From contig JAJRZD010000064.1 in the NCBI GenBank assembly GCA_024275415.1, positions 30,001 through 62,000 of the forward strand: DNA of 32,000 nucleotides, given 5' to 3'. Below, piece after piece: positions 26,979 through 32,000 of the stretch. Positions within the stretch are counted from its first letter, which is position 1, and every line of letters begins with the position of its first letter. Below the pieces are notes generated by a model. It worked only from the letters and a program-made list of their open reading frames with translations, did no database searches and was not told the DNA's origin. The position numbers and the translations under genes are program-made. This DNA comes from an archaeon (GTDB lineage Archaea > Asgardarchaeota > Thorarchaeia > Thorarchaeales > Thorarchaeaceae).

Positions 26979-27719
26979 ATGGATCAGAGTGAGGCGCTGC
27001 AGAAACTGGCAGAAACCATGGCCGGAGAAATATGCCTTTCAGAGAACGACCCCGGTGCTGTGATGAAACGATGGCGTGAGCGATTTCAAATTTCACAGAA
27101 AGATTTGGCAAAACATCTTGATGTTTCTCCATCCGTGATAAGCGACTATGAGAGTGGAAGACGTAAATCTCCACGAGTCGAAACCATCAAACGATTTGTA
27201 GAAGGTCTCATTGACATGGATGCAGCAAACGGCGGAAGGATTGCAATGGCACTAGAGAAGCTTGTCAGTCCAGAAATTGCCTCTGATGCTATTCTAGATA
27301 GTCGTGAATTTGGTGTTCCAATCCCATCGCGACTCCTTGTTGAAAAGTTAGATTGTAAGGTTCTCACACACAAAAGTCTGTTAGACCGCGATATTTATGG
27401 TTATACTGCCTTGGATAGCGTAAAGGCAATAGTGAATCTTACTCCCCAACAACTACTTCGATTGTATGGTGGGACTACACAGAGGGCTGCGATTCTTACA
27501 AATGTGAAGACCGGCAGGTCTCCTATGGTAGCTATAAAAGCAAGCCAGATTGGCACATCCGTAGCAGTCAAGCCTGCCGTTGTAATATTACAAGGTGTAA
27601 AAGAGCTGGATCCATTGGCAGTACGCATTGCAGACAGCATTCATATTCCTCTCTGTGTATCAAGCATACAAACCCAAGACCGACTGACAAAGGAGCTACG
27701 CTCATTCGAGCCTCCATAA
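26979..27719 (+). CDS. XRE-type HTH transcriptional regulator (COG1709-like)
   Basis: MAGEI..S..PGAVMKRWRERF.ISQ..LA..L.VSPSVISDYESGRRKSP, GRSPMVAI, KPAVV.L. The ORF track starts at 26916. Confidence 0.82.
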   Translation: MDQSEALQKLAETMAGEICLSENDPGAVMKRWRERFQISQKDLAKHLDVSPSVISDYESGRRKSPRVETIKRFVEGLIDMDAANGGRIAMALEKLVSPEIASDAILDSREFGVPIPSRLLVEKLDCKVLTHKSLLDRDIYGYTALDSVKAIVNLTPQQLLRLYGGTTQRAAILTNVKTGRSPMVAIKASQIGTSVAVKPAVVILQGVKELDPLAVRIADSIHIPLCVSSIQTQDRLTKELRSFEPP

Positions 27720-27741
27720 AAACTCCAAACGGTGATTAATA

Positions 27742-29037
27742 ATGGACTTTAACATTGAGATTAACGACCCTATCCATGGCTTCATCGGTCTGACAGATCT
27801 AGAAGCAAAAATAGTCAACTCCGAGCCCTACCAACGCTTAAGACGAATCAAACAACTATCAGGTGCACATTATGTATACCCGACAGCTGAACACACACGG
27901 TTCGGGCATTGTATAGGTGCTATGTATCTGGCAGGACTAGTAGGAAGGCGACTCCTTGGACAAATAGGGTTTGGAGATGATGTACTACAAGAAGTGCGAC
28001 TTGCAGGATTACTTCATGATCTTGGACACGGTCCATTCAGCCATGTATTTGAGGAACCCTTGATCGAACGACAAGGACGAAATCATGAAGATGTGACAGA
28101 GTGGATAATTAAAGAAAGTGTAGTCGGTGATATCATCGAGGATGGAGGCTTTCGGAAAGCGCGCATTGCTGATTTAGTGAGGGGACGTAGAACCAAGAAA
28201 AAAGATGGTGTGGTAAGTGGGATTGTTGCAGGCCAGGTAGACTCTGACAAGATGGACTACCTGATACGTGATTCTTTCTACTGTGGTGTGAACTATGGAT
28301 TAGTTGATATCTATCGGCTGATGGCAAGTGTTGAAATAACCAATGAATTTGAACTACAATTCGACCTAGCAGCCAGAGGTGCATTAGAATCATTCCTTGT
28401 TGCGCGATACGAAATGTTTCTGAATGTATATTATCACAAGACCGTCCGCAGTGTGGAAGTTATGCTAATCAGGCTCATTACTGCAGCCGATAGGGTATTA
28501 GACCTAACTAAATTCTCTACCACTGATGAATTTCTTGCGCTTGATGACATGTCCTTGGTATCTCGCATCCGGCGCATCGAACCTACAGAATCCGATTATG
28601 CGCGTGAGGCGTCAGAGATGATGAATATGCTTGATTCTAGAATTTTGTACAAGTCAGCTTTCGAGAAAGTGCTACATACTGAGGATCGATTTGTATCTAA
28701 AATCCTCACAAAGAAAAAAGTTCGTGAGAGTATACAGGATGAAATTGCGGAAATTGCTAAGGTTCCATCAGAAGATGTGATAGTAGATGTTCCGACATTA
28801 CCTTCTGTACCATACAATCCCCATCAGATTGACCCTATGGAGATTCACATCTTTGAAACCATTGAAGGGAAACGAATCCCTAGAAAGCTGTCCGAGTTTT
28901 CAAATATTGCACAGATGATGAAAGTCTATCTCGATGTCATCAGAGTGTATACGTTTGACCATCATAGGGCAAAAGTAGGACGTGCCGCCAGAGAGATATT
29001 CCAAGAGGTACCAGATGCCGCACTGATTCATATGTGA
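27742..29037 (+). CDS. HD-domain phosphohydrolase (COG1078 / SAMHD1-like)
   Basis: DPIHG, QRLRRIKQL, HTRFGHCIG, LHDLGHGPFSH, D.DKMDYLIRD, VYYHKT. Confidence 0.88.
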   Translation: MDFNIEINDPIHGFIGLTDLEAKIVNSEPYQRLRRIKQLSGAHYVYPTAEHTRFGHCIGAMYLAGLVGRRLLGQIGFGDDVLQEVRLAGLLHDLGHGPFSHVFEEPLIERQGRNHEDVTEWIIKESVVGDIIEDGGFRKARIADLVRGRRTKKKDGVVSGIVAGQVDSDKMDYLIRDSFYCGVNYGLVDIYRLMASVEITNEFELQFDLAARGALESFLVARYEMFLNVYYHKTVRSVEVMLIRLITAADRVLDLTKFSTTDEFLALDDMSLVSRIRRIEPTESDYAREASEMMNMLDSRILYKSAFEKVLHTEDRFVSKILTKKKVRESIQDEIAEIAKVPSEDVIVDVPTLPSVPYNPHQIDPMEIHIFETIEGKRIPRKLSEFSNIAQMMKVYLDVIRVYTFDHHRAKVGRAAREIFQEVPDAALIHM

Positions 29038-29213
29038 TGTGTTCGTAGTTTCACATCTCAGTTGAAAACGGTATGAATTGGCTTCTCAACTAACATGAAG
29101 TCAACTCTCGCGTCCTTCCAAAACTTGGTTTCTCTCTTAGAGAATAAGGAGGTTATATACTCAAGTCGGCGATTTATCATTGGAATGCCAATGATGATAT
29201 TGGAGCTGAGCTT

Positions 29214-30161
29214 GTGACTGATGAACTCAATGAAGCCTTGCAGAACATAAAGACGATTCCCGGAGTAGAAAATATTGTCTTGATCCAAAAGGATGGTCTA
29301 CCTATCGCAAGTGCTGGTGTCTGGTTTAGTAAGGAGGAGATTTTTGCTGTTGCATCTTCCACGTGTGCGATTTTCGGTGTTGCACGACTGATTCATGGGG
29401 AATTTAAGTATCTGTTGATGGAGTCTGAAACTTCAAAGGTATTTCTTGCATCTCTCCCCAACAATCCTGACTATTTTCTTGCAATTACAACGGCACCACG
29501 AGTTAACTTGGCAGCATTATTCATCGAAATGCGTGACAGCCTGAAACGTGTTTCCTTCCTACTTCGACAGCATATGGAAGGACGATTACCTCCTCTTCGT
29601 TCATATAGCTCGGAGGAAACACGGAGGATTCTTAGTGGCTTCGCAGTTGTCGACGGGAGCGAAGCGAGCTACTCAACCTCCCGATCGATGCTTTCTCTTG
29701 ATCGATCACAAGCACTTGCATTGCGGTCAATATTGCGACAAATACATGATAGCATTCCAAACATACAATCGGTTTTCCTCTCGCTCAGCGGTGGAGTGCG
29801 TGTTTCTTTGGAGGGCTTCGCAAATGACCGCTTGGCAGCAATGTCTTTTGCTTTGCATGATGCTTCTGAAAGAGTTGTGCGAACATTGCGGAATAGCTCC
29901 CTTCAGACAGTTCTGTGCGAAACCAATGCGACCCGGCATTTCATCTACAGCGTACCGAATGGTGTTTTCAGCCTGTGGGTACGAAAGGACGCACAGAAGC
30001 TGGGACTAATGCGTCTGTTATTAAGGCATTACCTGATGGAAGCCCAAAGAATCCTGAGTACTGCTACCCTTGAGAAACCAGTTCTTCCTCAAGATTTACG
30101 GAAACTAATACTTTCCGAACAAACCACAAAGGACATCATTCTAGCGAGGCGAAACCCATGA
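29214..30161 (+). CDS. Protein with two tandem Roadblock/LC7 domains
   Basis: Domain 1: L..IKTIPGVENIVLIQKDGLPIAS...LLMESE..KVFL...LAI....NLAALFIEM. Domain 2: LRQIH..IPNIQSVFLSLSGG...LAAMSFAL...LQTVLCET....FIY...LGLMRL. Confidence 0.72.
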   Translation: MTDELNEALQNIKTIPGVENIVLIQKDGLPIASAGVWFSKEEIFAVASSTCAIFGVARLIHGEFKYLLMESETSKVFLASLPNNPDYFLAITTAPRVNLAALFIEMRDSLKRVSFLLRQHMEGRLPPLRSYSSEETRRILSGFAVVDGSEASYSTSRSMLSLDRSQALALRSILRQIHDSIPNIQSVFLSLSGGVRVSLEGFANDRLAAMSFALHDASERVVRTLRNSSLQTVLCETNATRHFIYSVPNGVFSLWVRKDAQKLGLMRLLLRHYLMEAQRILSTATLEKPVLPQDLRKLILSEQTTKDIILARRNP

Positions 30162-31078
30162 GCTATTCAATTCTGCGTTTCATCGAATTGCTTGATGAGG
30201 CGTTCCCCCAGTTATTTAACTCCGTTATGAAACGCATCCCTATACTCGTAACCGGAAGTGATATCGAACTTGTCGACGATCTGGTCGAAAGTGTCACCCA
30301 TCTAGCCCCACACCGCCACAGACTTGTGTTTTGGAGGGACTTCACATCCGAGCATGAAATACTATCAGTCTGGGAGGAGGAGCGACATAATTATGAGGTC
30401 AACAGGACTATTGTTTACAGCCTGGCATCAAATCTTAGATTAGCTCTAGAGCGCAATCGTAACTTCTCCGGATGGATTATTGGGGTCGCACTCTCAAACA
30501 AGTCAGAAGGTTCCTACGTCAGTAGGCCTGAATTAGAAGAAGTCATCACCTATATCACACAGACCTCAAAATCATATGGCCATCTTGAACTGGTCGCTCC
30601 TTCATCAATGAAATTCACCCTTTTTAGTGAAAACGAAAGCAATCTAAATGTCGAAAAGAAGATAGTAAACAAGATTCTTACACGAAAGACGCAGTCATTA
30701 GAACGAATTCGTCGTCTTTTAGGTAAATCCCTGAAAGGCACCCTAATATCACATGATACGGTTTATGCAGTATTGAACATTGATGATGAAGCAGAAACGA
30801 TTACTCAAGATATGTTTGAAGAAGAGGTGAACAACTTTGTACATGCTGCAAGACGAGCAGTGACTCTTCTTTCAAGGATTCGGCTGGCAAGGGAGTTGGG
30901 CGCTTCTACCGTTCTTACAGAGCGTAATCTATGTGAAGCTATTGGATGGGATGGTGGAGGGCTTGAGGATTTGATCAGGTTCATTCACGCCGAATGGCAT
31001 GAGGACTTTTCAGACTGCGTGAAGACCGGGGCACTCTCTGGTTTGGGAGCTTGGGTCGATAGTATGTGGGGTGGATAG
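30158..31078 (+). CDS. Hypothetical protein with cDENN-like N-terminal motifs
   Basis: Coupled to the roadblock gene. LFNSVMKRIPILVTGSDIELVDDLVESVTHLAP and WIIGV resemble cDENN consensus elements (by eye only). Confidence 0.45.
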   Translation: MSYSILRFIELLDEAFPQLFNSVMKRIPILVTGSDIELVDDLVESVTHLAPHRHRLVFWRDFTSEHEILSVWEEERHNYEVNRTIVYSLASNLRLALERNRNFSGWIIGVALSNKSEGSYVSRPELEEVITYITQTSKSYGHLELVAPSSMKFTLFSENESNLNVEKKIVNKILTRKTQSLERIRRLLGKSLKGTLISHDTVYAVLNIDDEAETITQDMFEEEVNNFVHAARRAVTLLSRIRLARELGASTVLTERNLCEAIGWDGGGLEDLIRFIHAEWHEDFSDCVKTGALSGLGAWVDSMWGG

Positions 31079-31090
31079 GAGGTAGAGATT

Positions 31091-31672
31091 TTGATTGTTG
31101 ATTATGGAACTCGAACTATTGGACTAAAAATCGTATTCTTCGGACCCGCAATGAGTGGAAAAACCACATCCATAAAATGGCTTTTCAAAAGCTTGGACTG
31201 TGCAGACAGATTGACCTCGATTGAGAACACTGTCGGCCGAACGATGTTTTGCGATTTTGGATCCATTCCTTTTACTTTGGGTGACAGCTGGACAATTAAT
31301 ACACATGTCTGGTCTGCCACAGGTCAAGACTTCTACCGTTCAACACGAGAAGTGGTTCTAGTCGGGTCTGACGGAATAATTTTTGTTGCCGACTCACAAA
31401 AATCACTGTTGGATGAGAACCTTGCAAGTTGGAACGAACTAATGGATCTAATGCCTAAAGACGAACATCCTCTACCTGTTGTGGTCTGTTTAAACAAACA
31501 GGATTTACCCGATGCAATCGATGAAGATAGGTTTAGAAGACATCTCAAGATACCTCCCTCAATACCCATCATCCGAAGTGTAGCAATGAATGGTATTAAT
31601 GTGGTGGAAGCATTCGAAAGACTATTTCATGCTGCCATGAAATCGAATGCCATGATGTCCTCAGCGCGATAA
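31091..31672 (+). CDS. MglA-like small GTPase
   Basis: [31 protein letters not shown] (non-DxxG G3 as in MglA TVPGQ), [18 protein letters not shown]. Confidence 0.88.
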   Translation: MIVDYGTRTIGLKIVFFGPAMSGKTTSIKWLFKSLDCADRLTSIENTVGRTMFCDFGSIPFTLGDSWTINTHVWSATGQDFYRSTREVVLVGSDGIIFVADSQKSLLDENLASWNELMDLMPKDEHPLPVVVCLNKQDLPDAIDEDRFRRHLKIPPSIPIIRSVAMNGINVVEAFERLFHAAMKSNAMMSSAR

Positions 31673-31776
31673 TTTCGCTCTCAGCGATTACTTTATACGA
31701 ATCGAATCATGCCGCTGGACTGAATTCACCCATTCAAATGAATGGCAACATCTCTGAGGTATTATTCTTGGAGTCC

Positions 31777-32000
31777 TTGAAAAATCACGCAAGATTCATC
31801 TTCGTCACCGGAGGAGTTCTGTCCGGAATAGGGAAAGGAGTCACAACTGCCTCGATTGCAAAACTGTTACAATTCAGAGGATATAAAATTAGGATTCTCA
31901 AGATTGACCCCTACTTGAATATAGATCCAGGCACAATGAATCCCATCGAACATGGCGAGGTATTCGTTACCGATCAGACATGGGTGTTCAAACCTGTTGA
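31777..32000 (+). CDS. pyrG: CTP synthase, 5' part (runs off the right edge)
   Basis: Manual translation from TTG 31777: ..[50 protein letters not shown]; GGAG SD. Confidence 0.95.
   Translation, partial: MKNHARFIFVTGGVLSGIGKGVTTASIAKLLQFRGYKIRILKIDPYLNIDPGTMNPIEHGEVFVTDQTWVFKPV

Noticed and set aside
864-31572. Numerous short antisense or alternative-frame ORFs in the track (e.g. 3479-3850, 4100-4516, 6730-7149, 15295-15744, 24551-24961, 25338-25811)
   Set aside because: They lie inside well-supported genes on the opposite strand or frame and lack motifs or SD sites.
1-32000. CRISPR array, IS element, integrase or provirus
   Set aside because: No regularly spaced repeats, transposase/recombinase motifs, or direct-repeat duplication of a tRNA 3' end.

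Overview
Archaeal chromosomal window, most likely from an Asgard archaeon (Thorarchaeia-like). This is an inference from rpoG/RPB8, a roadblock + MglA-like GTPase operon, large Ig-repeat surface proteins and BHB tRNA introns. The left ~10 kb is a cell-surface locus: two Ig-repeat secreted proteins, an Flp-like pilin, a VirB11/TadA-type ATPase, a divergent TFB paralog and rpoG. Two copies of a ~105-nt structured leader sit directly downstream of TATA boxes, one before the pilin and one before the larger Ig protein. A shorter motif from the same element recurs upstream of the TFB paralog and, weakly, upstream of the other Ig gene. The middle is a replication/housekeeping cluster (korA, cdc6, ArsR-HTH, truA, rfcL, rfcS, gins23, mcm, hel308, HDAC family, thpR, AAA ATPase, UPF0200/0201, trm11, GPN GTPase, HTH, HD protein). 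Both cdc6 (TAG) and mcm (TGA) carry a single in-frame stop. All three tRNA genes contain introns: Glu-CTC at 10/11, Gly-CCC at 53/54 and Pro-GGG at 37/38. The Glu gene has an upstream copy of its acceptor strand that could act as a splicing decoy. A candidate stand-alone K-turn sRNA lies between tRNA-Gly and cdc6. The right end encodes a tandem-roadblock / DENN-like / MglA-like GTPase operon and the start of pyrG. All alignments and folds were done by eye; no database searches were run.
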